Source of the DNA: Tubulanus polymorphus
Taxonomy: Eukaryota > Animalia > Nemertea
Reading direction: 5' to 3'
DNA length: 64,000 nt
NCBI RefSeq assembly: GCF_964204645.1
Contig: NC_134026.1
Span: 4,673,950 to 4,737,949 of the forward strand
Positions 52,380 to 64,000 of this stretch are shown piece after piece. Every line of letters begins with the position of its first letter. The first letter of the stretch is position 1. A program made the position numbers and the translations under genes. The notes under the pieces were generated by a model that saw nothing but the letters and a program-made list of their open reading frames with translations, was not told the DNA's origin and did not search any database.

Positions 52380-54645
52380 ATGCTCGGAGACTGCTGGTGG
52401 GAGGACCCAGTGGCGAGCGATGTCCACAATACGCTACGCCAGAAAGAAAAACATATAATGCCGTACCATTCGCATTCTCCACAAATCAATGCCCGGCGTT
52501 CATTAGTCGACTGGTTAGCTGTCATTTGCGATAAAATCGAGGTTTGCGTGAATGCGAGACATTTGGCAATTCATCTGCTTGATTACTTCATGGATAATTT
52601 CGACATCGGACCTGATAAACTTCAACTGGTTGCATTCGGGAGTCTCTTAGTCGCAAGTAAGAAAAATTGGTCACCGTGTTTCTTTCTTGTTTTGAAAACA
52701 AATAAAGCAGGGGCAGATTTATGGGACTGGTCTCCTGCCTTCCCATTGATGTTGCCCTTTTTGTCAGATATAGTCAAAACCTGCTAATTTCACACTCATC
52801 GTCTCGAAATTTTAAGATGTGTTTAAGGATATATTCCTTCAAAAATATGTTGACACTGAGGGTGAAACCGACTAACCGACTCTTCTTTTCTGGACCCGCA
52901 TTCTTAGCATTAACTCATTCTTGGAAATGCAGAGAACAAGCTTATGAATCAGTTTAATATTTTTCATTTTCCTGTAAAATCTCAGGGCAACTTGTCAATT
53001 TTAGGTCGGTGGGCATCCCCTGGCCCTGCACCCTCCCCTTGGATTCACCCTGAGAACCAGAAGTACAAGTGTAATCCTATAGCCGGCAGCCAACATGTTT
53101 TAAGTTTTTCTAACTTCAAGATTAAGACAGAAAAAACCATTTTGATGACTTAGAATCCAACCCTTATGACACATTCCACGTATATTTTATGAGGTCAAAA
53201 TTATTCGTATTTTATTTAGGTAAATTTCAGCAAATGGATTGTCAGGTGTCAAGGTGGAAAACGTTGAATGGATTTTTAGACTCTCCTGGTTACACTTCCA
53301 TCGAATATATGCAAATGGAACTCATGATTTTGGAATTTTTTCGTTGGAATATTACGGCACCAACTGCCGCTGATTTCGGACCGTACTACATGGTTGCGTC
53401 GATGTTGGATAATAGTTGCCCTGGTGATGATACTCACGGTGATTATCGAAGGAAAGCTTTTAGTTTTTTGCAGAAATATATGGATTATTTCCTCGAAATA
53501 AGCCTACAGGGTGAGTGTTGGCGCAGTTTGTGAAAAACCTCAAAATCAGGACAATTTGTTGAGGTTGCTAGATCGTTTCTGTCTATGTCTTACATATTTG
53601 ACTGTTAATTGACTGGAACCAATTTGCATGTCAGGGATTAGTCAAGGAAAAGTCGGGGAAAAAAGCAAGTGAAATCAATTGAATCGTGTAACTGAAATGA
53701 ACCGAACTCTTATATTTTCAGATTATATCTATCGATTTTATGACCCGTCACTTGTAGCGGCGGCGTGTGTGGCTGCCTCGCGGATTTGTGTACGTCTAGT
53801 CCCAACATGGCCTCTGTGTATAGAAAAACTTACGTCGTACAATTGGGAACAAGTTTCGTCGGTTGTTGATTTCATGCTCAAGTAAGTTGCTCTTGATTTG
53901 TACGGATTTTTGAAAGTCTTGGAAGGTTTGGGAAAATTCTTTTGGAAAAGCTATGGAATTCTTTTTTCTCTATGGCTAAGGAAAAGGTATGGAAAATCAG
54001 AAAATGGTCTGAAATCAAATTTTCCTACTGTTTCTAATTTAAGGATATATGCTTAAACGCGTTACTACGCTTTGTCGATGGTATTGATATTTGGAACTAA
54101 TTTACTTTGAATGGGCCTAAATTGCCTGTTCTAGGTTGGCAATGTGTGGGTATGGAAATCTGGGTATGGAAAATTAAATTTGGAAACCCGTAAAAACCCT
54201 GTCATTGCTCGAGTTCATACTGAGATCGATGTATAAAGCTGATGAATATCAATGAGTTACCTTAGTCAATACCTGTAGATCTTAATTTTGGATCTATTTC
54301 TTCATCATTAACAACTTGCAGAGTTTCTTTTTTTCAGAGCACTAAACGCCGATGAAGAAAGTGCAAAACAACAAGATTTGCCAGAAAACAAGTCAAACTG
54401 TGATTCAAGTCCTGCAAGTAGTTGCTCCAACCATTCCTTAGGTAAAATTGTTGAAATTTAGTTGGAGTTTTGCTGAAACTATGTAAAATGAGGTTTAAAA
54501 TATGCCTAATTCGTCAAATGTGCAATTATAAAACGTTAACTTTTGAAGTTCTAAGTGCATGTAGATTAGTTTGAAACCTTTTAAATTTTTAGGATCTGAT
54601 GGCATGGGCGATACTTATGACAGAAATGGTGAAAGCTATGTGTGA
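52380..54645 (+). CDS. CCNJ: Cyclin J, 5 coding exons, ~294 aa
   Basis: Exons 52380-52656, 53220-53510, 53722-53881, 54338-54441, 54593-54645. WW...ASDVHNTLRQKE...SPQ...RRSLVDWL...ARHLAIHLLDYFMD and MELMILEFFRWNI are cyclin J signatures; AATAAA cluster 54887-54952. Confidence 0.92.
52708..53052. mobile_element. Degenerate MITE of the CAGGGGCGGAT...ATCCGCCCCTG type
   Basis: caggggcagattt at the left end and ggattcaccctg at the right end of cyclin J intron 1. Confidence 0.4.
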
Positions 54646-56687
54646 ATTGAACTGGCGCGATACACACATCTAACAATTAAGCGGCTCAAGAATTTTGCAT
54701 TTGTGTGGACACTTATGTTTTGATCAGCATAGAGTGCACTGGTATTAGTCTAAAAAGGCGACTTTCTGCATTCAATATTACATCGTAGGAACTATTGTAT
54801 GGTCTCACCGTTTGCTGTACATTGTATATGGGTGAATTTATATTACAGCCCGATATTATAATGGGGTATTTTCTACATCAATGATCAATAAAATTAATTG
54901 AAGTGCCTTCCATTCTGCAGCCACTTAAATGGCCAATAAAATACGCAATAAAATACATTCCACCAGCAATACATTTTTTTTCCTCGTGTTTCATATGCTT
55001 CACTAAGTTTGACAAACGTTTATTTTGTAATTTTCAAAATTTAAAAATATAAGCGTTTCATTCCTATGTTAGTTTTCTTTCATATTTTTTGTTTGACAGT
55101 TCATCGGGCCATTAAGAATTCAAATAACACCGCTTTAGGAATTGTTATTAAAGCTTTCTGCTTTCTAGCCCACTACTCAAGGCTTTAGTCCCATAGGGCT
55201 ATTACATTCACTTTTCATCTGTTCATCTGTATTAGGCAGAATTTAGTTTTCAACCGGCTTTGATGTATGGCCTTTATATTTGGTTCCTGTCTGTATCCAT
55301 CCGCTAGATGCATCTTGCAGCTGAAAATTTAGCCCGATTGCAATCAAGATGGCCGACTTGTGGCTGTTGTTGGTAAATCAGCATTTTCACGGATCCGTTT
55401 GGAAATTTTGAAGATACATTCATCAACGGTCTTGAGATTTGGTAATAGGACAAAGCATCGCAAAAATAATTGGGTCGATCGAAAGATGGCATTTTGTTCC
55501 AAAAAACGTCATTTCAGGTCTGAAAGTCGTAGGCCTCTAGCTTCTTTATGCCTAGTGACATTTAAATTTGAGATGAGCATAGCAGACCGGGTTTTGGATC
55601 ATCTGATTTTCATGCAGTTAGTGGCCATGGAGACCGACTTCGAGGATAATATCAACAGGTTTTAACTCATAATCTTGTTACCAGGGTGTTGAATATTGTT
55701 ATTGTCAGATAGTCGAGCATTTCAGGTAACTTCCCTAGTGGGTATGGTGCCTCCTGGACCCCTAGTTTACAAAACATTGCCAGCTGTTTAGACATTTTTG
55801 GTAAAGCCCCAACTTTAGAGTATACACCGGTATGCATTTCACTGATTGCCCCATATTAAACCAGTTTGGAATTGTACTGCGTTATTCAAGCTTCAAGCCA
55901 AGAAAACAGCACAGATTGAGCTAAGCGTCACTAACAAATATTGATAAATATGTATATATTTTTATTAGCCTATCATAATGCATAGCACATTCATTAATCA
56001 AAAGATACAAAATTGTGATTGAATTTGTGTAAATAGTGTTCTTTTCGACTTAACTACAAGACTTCAAGTTTCCAGGCCAAGAATGAGTAATAGGAAACTT
56101 AATATTTACACATTATTACTGTTTGGTATACAATTTAATTTGTCAAATGCCGCACTAAACAACACAAGTGTTAAACATTCATTTTTCTCGATTATTGAAA
56201 CTATTGCCTGAAATCTCCCAAAATTTGATTCTCTATCAAGTGTTAAGAATACTTATAACAATTAAATAATATGATACGAAGATTAATATTATTTGATAAA
56301 TACTGAAAATTGGAAAAAAAATCTATTGAATGTATGAACTCAATATAATTGCCCACAACTGAGCCACACTAAGAGCAAGATACTTACGACAAGCTATCCC
56401 ATGAGATGGTGTCAAATTCAGTCAGCGTAGTGAGACTTTGATAAATTCTACTCAATTCGAGACCCATTATTAATTTTCTACATCTAGATATCATATGTAT
56501 GATACATCTGTCGATATTAACTTTTCATATTTCTTGTCATGTATCGCTTCAATTTTAATCGAAGAGAAAAAACTAGCAAAAACTAAACCCGTTAAAGGAA
56601 TAACTGGAGCAATAAAAGATCAAGGTTAGCATAATCAAATAAGATGTTTCCGAGCAGAAATTGACAAATCTTGCGCGAATATCACAT

Positions 56688-59600
56688 TTAGAATGAAGGA
56701 ACTTTCCAAACACGAATACAGCAATCATTGCCTGCGGACATCAATCTGTTATCATCCGTCCAACATAAGCCATTTATAACATTCATCGGATGAGCCCCTG
56801 AAAATAGTCATTAGGGAATATAGTTTTTCAAGACCGCTGAACAATAACATTAGCCAAAATCATCAGGAGTCCGATTTTAAACTTAAGCTTGGGTTCTACG
56901 TGCTCGTTAATTGAATTAGCATAACACGTTAAAACCATGATCATCTAAACTCCTAAATATATAAACTAATCCTCAATATTGAATCTATCACTGAGCGCAT
57001 TAGCTTTGTTATCAAACAGGAGACTTACCTTTTTCCAATATTGTTTTATTCTTTTGGTCTACATTGTAAACACACAAGTTAGTATCTAGACTACCAGAAA
57101 CTATGTATTTGGAATTCGGCGCCCAAGCTATTCGGGTGATCCTTGCAGTATGTTTCACCCATTCTCCCGCTTCCTAAAACAAAATTATTTCAGTAATTTC
57201 ATTGAATTTTCTCAATTTTCTGGAGGGCAGCCAACAAAGGACATAAATCCCATTAGCCACTCGCACCACGTAAGAGAATATTTTGGACGACTTACTTGGT
57301 AGTCCGGCAGTGTATAGAGTGCAACTCGCTGTTTCCTATCTGCCACAGCCAGATATGTGCCATCCGGTGAGTATTTGACATCTGTAACACCTCCGAGACG
57401 TTCAAGTCTGTTTTCAGTTTCAGTCAACGTATCATCGGATAAAGTGTAAATATGGACAAGACTATCCTAAAATCATTAAACTAATTAATTAATTAGATAT
57501 TACATGAAACTGGAAACCTAGTGAAACTAAGTGATCTATGTAATGTATTGGACACAAATATATCAATATAATTTTCAAATTATTCAAACTAGCCTTGAAT
57601 TAAAGTTTAACTTTTAATGCCCCATGTAACTACGGGGTGGTCTACTTCCTACTTCTTCCACTGATTGAATGTGGAAGCATCATCCACTGTTTGATGATTA
57701 TCTATCATATTACAAAAATTCTTTTCTCAAATTGGAAATGACAGGTTAAGTGTCTCAAACTGAAGTAAAAGATCATACTGACCTCGGCACCACCAACGGC
57801 GATTTCATTTTGATTTGGATGAATTGAAACCTTCGATGCCTGGTATTTAAGCGGTAACTTGTGCACTATTTTTCCACTGCGAACAATGACGAGTTGTTCT
57901 AAACACGCCACAACTATAAGCGTACCAATAGCATCACAGCCACTCGGCTGACTATCAAGACCTATCCCATCCCTGAAATCGAGGACGTACACAATAAATC
58001 AATCTCAAAACCTATGTCTTAGGGAAGCGGGTTGAAGAGGAGAATGAGATGAGTAAACCTGGTGTCAAATCAGTAAAACATAAGACAGGGCCCAGTTTCA
58101 CAAAAAAGTTAAACTGGAATTTTTGTTGTAATCGCTATTAGTTATTCAATTAGCTATTTCAATGAGGACAACAATTCAAACTTAACTGTTTTAGGCTTAA
58201 ACTTTTTCCTGAAACTGGACCCTGGTAGTACTTTGAAGATTAACTAGATTTATCTAGTTTTCGCTGCTAGTGCATAGTAACTTCATCAGGTAAATGAGTG
58301 CTGGAAGCTACCACGCTTCAGTTAACTTCCAAAGTACTATCTGCCTTTATGTTTTACTGAAACCATGTAGAAAGAATTAGACACACGATGTCTTTCTTCA
58401 GAATGAAACTACTAGTAGTTACAAATCATATGGAATGATGAGAATGATAAACAAATAACATACCCCTCAAACTGATGGTCAGCGCATCGTGTCAACCTTA
58501 ATGTGTCATCCATACCTACACTTATTAAGGTATCTTCTGTGACAACCATATCCTGGACCTGATTAGTGTGTCCTCTTCCTTGTACGATGTCACAAGCACC
58601 AGTAGCACTGTCCCAATAGCGTGCATAATCCGTCAAGGAAACTAGCGATCCTTAGTGAAATGCTTGACAATTTCAATATTCAATGCCCCCCTAATGAATG
58701 GATACAGTATCGATAACCTTGAAACTCACCACAATCATGTAACGAGCTACTATTTTGCAATTGATAGCAGTTAGTAACAATATGAAGTGGCACCTTTGAT
58801 ATAACAATTGATCAGTTATATTATACATATATACATATGAAATATCAAAATTATTGATCGCAGCATTATCTTCAAAAGTTCCTTTTTGAAAACATCAAAA
58901 ATGTTTTAAGAAGGCTGATTTCACAGTGAAGCACAATGGCTACCAGTCGGTTATCATGATTCTAATCACACCAGTTTTTTTGCTACAGATTTGTCCAAGA
59001 ACAATCCACCGCAGCATCTTCAAAACTTCCTAAAATAATTGGATTCTGTCTACACAATTGGCTGTTTAATTTTCGGTAAATGTGAAACAGAACGATCCCC
59101 CATCAGCATATTCATACACACAAGAATGATTGATAACATGTGCGACTGATGCAATTTACTCAAAGGATATAGATTCGTCCTTCGAAGCTTGCAGTATAGA
59201 CGGTTTTCTTATCAGGTGAAACAGCGAGTGAAGTGATCGACTTGTTGTGGCCCTATAAAAGTAGATAACATAATTTTGGACAGTCAGTTATTCATGCAAA
59301 CCTTCTTAACATAATAGTAAGGAAGCTGACTATATGTACGAAACATTGTAGTTGCAGCGACTGGTTGCTTGTTACATGTTGATGTAATTGATATTAATAA
59401 CATTTCTCAAAACAAAACAAAAGAATATGAAAAATCTTTAATTCTAAGTCAGGCATTATAGCTAACTAATACTTGCATCTAAGACAAATTTGACTGCATA
59501 ACTTATTTTTAAAAAAAAGGCAGGGCGGATGCAGGAAGCTTGAGCGCTATTCGTTTAACAAGTTACCTTTAAAACTTTCTTCGGAACGGATGGGTTGCTT

Positions 59601-62600
59601 GGATCTAAATAGTTAATAGCACCTGACAATGATACAGTCAGAATATGATCTCCTGACCATAAACAGCCGACTTGTTGATCCATTACCTCATTACCGATTT
59701 GGAAATGACTAAAAATGAGAATTAAAACCTTCCTTCGATAATTTGAAAACCTTTAGATATCTCATTAGCCTAAGTCCTATTCCTATGTAAATACCATGAT
59801 CCCACACCCAATGACTTATTGAATTGCGATTGTCAACTTACGTCACTTCAGCTCGCGATTCTACGTCGAAAATTTTGGCAGTTTTATCACCAGACACGGT
59901 TAGCACCTGTTTACTGTCCGGACTATAACAAACCTGAAAACAAGAACGGACTATAGGTACTGCAAAATAAATCTTTTATCAGCGGGTAAGATTAATGTGT
60001 TTTCCTTTTATTTCAATCAACTATTTCAAACTACTATTGTAAAATATAAAAGGAGTACTACAGCAAATTTACCGCATATATTCCACCCTTGTGAGCTTTA
60101 GGAGAGCCCAGTTCTCCGATAACATCTCCAGTCTTACCATCATAAACAATCACCTAACACAAATGAAAATTCAATTAAAAAACGAAATAAATAATAGAAG
60201 GTGGCCATTTGTTTCATTCCCCCATTCCGCAAGAAATTTTCTAATAAGACAGGTAAAATGATGCTGATTATCGGAAACTTACTTTTCCATCAGATCCACC
60301 AGATACATATGAAGAGCCATCGGGGGCATAGCGCACCGCATTAACAAAATTGGTATGTTCCTACAAATCGATAACAACAATAGTCTGCATTCATAGTCTG
60401 TGTTCTAAATTTGCATAATGGTACCATAGCCCATACACTATATATATACACTATATATACATATAAATAAGTGACTAAAAAAAAAGAATATATCACCTTC
60501 GATGTGCCCTTGAATTTAAACGGAGGTCCTTCATAGAAACCGACAGTTCTATCTTCCGATCCCGTGATGACCCGATATGGGCGACTTTTGCGCATGTCGA
60601 CTGAGTTGATCGATTTGCTATGGCCGGTTATTTCACCCGTTGATGATCCGCTATCCCACAGAAATGCATTGGCATATCTGCAAATGAAAGTCACAGCGAA
60701 TTGCAAATCATTGCGCAGATTGGACCGTCAGCTTTTTTATCGACGATCATAGGACTATAGCCTAGCGATACAATTATATTATACATCATTTCATATTAAT
60801 TTCGCGTGTTTTTAAATAATGAATCTATAGAATAAATTTGAACTTGAATACATTGAAAAATTACAAAACCGCAAATTTGTAAATACATGCACAAACTAAT
60901 AAATATTCAATGTAGATTTTTGCATATATAATTTCTACACTGATGTAAATGTTGCTTTTTTCTATAATTGACGGACTCTTAATTGTAAATAGTCTAATGT
61001 CATAATTTCACAGAGAAATATAGAGAATATTAAATTGAATTTGGATCAACACTTGAAGTTCATACTCACTTCTCTCGGCCTTCACCTGCAACTACAATAC
61101 GCTTGCTATCCTCTGACCAGCAGATATCCTTTATTTTGCCACTGAGAGGCTGATATTCATATTTCAGAATATGTTCCGCATTTACAGTATCCCAAATTCT
61201 TAGTTTTCCCGCCGCATCTGTCACAAGAAAAATAACAAATATTATGCAAATAACGTTATCCGTGGATCCTCTTTTGACGGGGCAAAAGTTTTTCTCAGAA
61301 TGAATGAAAATTATAAACCACAATCCTTTACCGCTATCATGGCTACCGGTAGGTATTAATTCAAAATTATTTCATTCCAAAGTTGTGTCATGAATTACAG
61401 GAGAATCCACTAATTATTTGGGACCATCAAGATAAAAAACAAGAAGCCTGTCGGCTTATATAGCTCCGCTGTCTTTGTTGTGGCTTGGAGCATAGACTAT
61501 CACATCAGTATCTATTTGAAACTAGATGTTCAGGGACATTATAGCCACTTGGAGAAGGGCCACAATACCAATAATCATACTAACATACTCTAAACTGACA
61601 AACTGTTGGAACTGAAGTCATAAGTGGAACAAACTGTAGTCCCCAAGTATAGGCACCAAGTGAAATTTATCAAAAATCTATGCAATTGCTTCGATATAGA
61701 ATGGCTCTATACTTTTGTAGGCACTCCCCAATAGATCATTCATATGAAGTTTGGTTGAAATCTACTGAAAACTGGAGTAGAAGTAGCAATTTAAGTGAAA
61801 ATCTAAAAATAGCCCTAATTTGCATAATTTATGCAAAATCAAAAGTATGGCTCTATACTTTTGTAGGCACTCCCCCATACATCATTCGTACCAAGTTTGG
61901 TTGATATCTACTGAAAACTGAAGTAGAAGTAGCGATTTAAGTGAAAATCTAAAAATAGCCCTAATTTGCATAATTTATGCAAAATCAAAAATATGGCTCT
62001 GTACTTTTGTAGGCACTCCCCCATAGATCATTCATACCAAGTTTGATTGAAATCCGCTGAAAATCGATGGAGGAGTAGCGATTTTAGTGAAAATCTAAAA
62101 ATAGCCCTAATTTGCATAATTTATGCAAAATCAAAATTATGGCTCTGTACTTTTGTAGGCACTCCCCCATAGATCATTCATACCAAGTTTCATCAAGATC
62201 CCATCAGAACTGTAGGACTAGTAGGGATATAAAGAAAAAGTTGACGCCGGACACCGAACACCGAACGGACGGACGACGACGACGAACCCCCTAACCCATC
62301 AGCTCCGCTGACCTTCGGTCACAGCGGAGCTAAAAATTTACGGGAAATCCGGATCATAAGTCATTTTCTCGTAAGTTGATGGACAAAAGGACTGAAATAT
62401 TGACCGGATTAGACCAGAATCCAGATTAAGCAGGTTTGCGCTTCTCCATACCGGTAATTGTGGGCGAAGTAGGCTTATTGACATGCTACACCACGCCCCT
62501 ATCCTCTGAACCTTCCTTCGACAGTCAAACAAATAGCAATGTCACTTGTACAATCTCTACAGGAAAATAACAGTCAAAAAGATGACAAATGCCGACTTCA

Positions 62601-62917
62601 AAATCAGCACGTACCTCCAGACGCAATATAGAATCCACTTGGTGAATACATCGCAGCACTAGGGTCTTTAGAATGCTGAGCATACACATCACAAGACGCC
62701 GTATTCTGTGAAATGGATAAAGAATAAATTTCACGAAAAAGAACATTAAACCGTTCAACTATCAACGTTGTCACGACGATTCTTCACTTACTAACCTCGA
62801 TATCACGAATAACCACCGTATTACCAACTACATACAAAAAGTTTTTTCCTTTCGGATCCGGGCCTAGAACCAAAGCTTGGCCCCGGTTTGTAGCGGGCAA
62901 AGCCGGATAGATATTTT
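56688..62917 (-). CDS. WDR1: WD repeat-containing protein 1 / actin-interacting protein 1 (5'-partial; start exon not found, probably beyond the window)
   Basis: Exons 62917-62796, 62705-62615, 61217-61070, 60677-60497, 60360-60283, 60153-60073, 59933-59842, 59708-59567, 59252-59171, 58620-58464, 57972-57783, 57466-57296, 57173-57029, 56797-56688. Motifs [29 protein letters not shown]...[24 protein letters not shown]. Confidence 0.97.
58069..58360. mobile_element. Fold-back element with decayed hammerhead motif, interrupted by a nested MITE
   Basis: Arms tcagtaaaacataagacag[MITE]tggtagtactttgaagattaact / agttaacttccaaagtactatctgcctttatgttttactga; minus strand 58294-58250 CUGAUGA-A-GUUACUA...UAGCAGC-GAAA-AC-UA. 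Confidence 0.65.
58088..58222. mobile_element. Harbinger-type MITE nested in the fold-back element
   Basis: TIRs GGGCCCAGTTTCAcaAAAAAGTT ... AACTTTTTccTGAAACTGGACCC, CAG/CTG context. Confidence 0.75.
58621..59170 (-). other. U12-type (minor spliceosome) AT-AC intron in WDR1
   Basis: Minus-strand 5' site ATATCCTTTG at 59170; branch point TTTCCTTGAC at 58641-58632; 3' end ...ATGCAC at 58621; splicing restores GRIC-YWDSATG. Confidence 0.92.
61438..62334 (-). mobile_element. Non-autonomous Helentron-type element (HINE/DINE-1-like) with internal satellite
   Basis: Terminal hairpin AGCTCCGCTG-accttcggtca-CAGCGGAGCT (62301-62331), (GGAC)/(GAC) microsatellite ~62266-62284, tandem core, subTIR TAGCTCCGCTG at 61461, short stem-loop AAGCC-tgtc-GGCTT at 61444, A-run flanks, no TSD. 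Confidence 0.82.
61701..62190. repeat. 146-bp tandem repeat, ~3.4 copies, inside the HINE
   Basis: ATGGCTCT(A/G)TACTTTTGTAGGCACTCCC at 61701, 61847, 61993 and 62139. Confidence 0.95.
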
Positions 62918-63327
62918 CTGTAAGACGAAATTCTGCATATTGAGGATAGGACAAGGGTCTACAGGGTGAAAAATGGGTTATAGTTTAACGGATTTTGTGG
63001 ATTAGGTTTAGAGATTGTATTTCATATCAATTCATCTTGGATAATTGTGTCATTTCGGTAATCAAGCATGACTGGTCGGATATGCAGGGTAACCCTCTAA
63101 ACAGCTAGACGTGTCAGAAAACCCTAATAAATTATCAACACTTAGCATAAAAATCAGGGCTCCAAAAGTGCCATCCTCTAGATTTAGAAACTATGTGTAG
63201 AGAGCACGGAATACAATGATTCGAGAATATACACAATATCCATGTAAGATGGATAACGAGAGAAATCCCAAAATAATTCAATTAAGGTAAAGATGAAAAA
63301 ATTAACTTTTGGCAGTGGATATTTTCC

Positions 63328-63766
63328 CGTATACGGCAGAGTATTTATTTCTGCTATTTTACCGTACATCGTCGCTGATTGACTGATTTATGCCGCGCAT
63401 GCGCACAGAGGTGCGCGACTTAGAAATTCAAGGAAAGTGTGGAGAACAGAGTTAGAGAAAATAGAGCGGATAGAGCGAGACTCGAACCCGGGCCAGTAAA
63501 TTACTAGTGCAGCGTTATACCTCTAGACCACCGAGCTCGCTGAAAACCACCCGAATGTTTTAACCATCTATAGTACCTCACCTTATCCTAATCCTATCCC
63601 TAGGGGTAAAACGGAACCCTCTGGACCCTCTTCTCACCCTCACGACACTAATTCTATCGAAAGCCTAACCCAATATAATGATTTTATTGTTACTTTTTAT
63701 TAGTTGCTATATATATAGTAATAATGTAAGGTAAAATAGCGGATGTAAATACTTTGCCGTATACGG
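63328..63766. mobile_element. MITE with ~42-bp TIRs
   Basis: ccgtatacggcagagtatttatttctgctattttaccgtacat / atgtaaggtaaaatagcggatgtaaatactttgccgtatacgg. Confidence 0.7.
63452..63600 (-). mobile_element. tRNA(Thr-AGT)-derived repeat, copy 1
   Basis: Minus strand A box TGGTCTAGAGG, loop CTAGTAA, B box GGTTCGAGTC; poor anticodon and acceptor stems; homologous to 63851-64000. Confidence 0.7.
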
Positions 63767-63850
63767 TTAACGAAGTGGCTACTCGTACGAATAATTCCGT
63801 AGGCTATTCGTACGCACCCGTCGGATAACTCTGGAATTATTCGTACGGGA

Positions 63851-64000
63851 AAGGATAGGGTTAGGGTAAGGTGAGGCTATATGTAGTTAAAACATTCGAC
63901 CGACTGTCAGCGAGCTCGGTGGTCTAGTGGTATGATGCTGCGCTAGTAATTTACTGGCCCGGGTTCCAGTCTCGCTCGATCCGCTCTATTTTTCTCTCTA
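63851..64000 (+). mobile_element. tRNA(Thr-AGT)-derived repeat, copy 2 (runs to window edge)
   Basis: A box TGGTCTAGTGG, B box GGTTCCAGTC, preceded by the shared GGATAGGGTTAGGGTAAGGTGAGG leader. Confidence 0.7.

Noticed and set aside
61701-62190. Regularly spaced repeats resembling a CRISPR array
   Set aside because: The whole 146-bp unit repeats with no unique spacers; eukaryotic context and no cas genes
63912-63987. Functional tRNA-Thr gene
   Set aside because: Anticodon and acceptor stems do not pair well, and the sequence is part of a larger repeated unit

Overview
Eukaryotic (invertebrate animal, probably spiralian) AT-rich genomic DNA with spliceosomal introns. I reconstructed seven genes exon by exon with consistent splice phases: (1) a Kv2/Shab voltage-gated K+ channel (+, 1554-16891), probably followed by a long 3' UTR; (2) a highly diverged PACSIN/syndapin-like F-BAR+SH3 gene (+, ~26479-29607) that the ORF track only shows in fragments; (3) a ~1435-aa protein with three 158-aa tandem repeats, a coiled coil and an NHL-like propeller (-, 29875-35423); (4) CCDC125 (+, 36467-44328); (5) an uncharacterised coiled-coil gene (-, 47226-51300); (6) cyclin J (+, 52380-54645); (7) WDR1/AIP1 (-, 56688-62917, start exon not found), which contains an AT-AC U12-type intron. 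The introns hold many MITEs, a Harbinger-like relic with a Myb/SANT remnant, a Helentron-type HINE with a 146-bp internal satellite, and tRNA-carrying repeats. The most striking signal is a set of short intronic elements (fold-backs at 37.1, 43.6 and 58.1 kb, a single arm at 26.6 kb) carrying minimal Penelope-type hammerhead ribozyme motifs. One motif, at 43684-43727 (-), has an intact core and stems, and the copies on the host sense strand are mostly broken.
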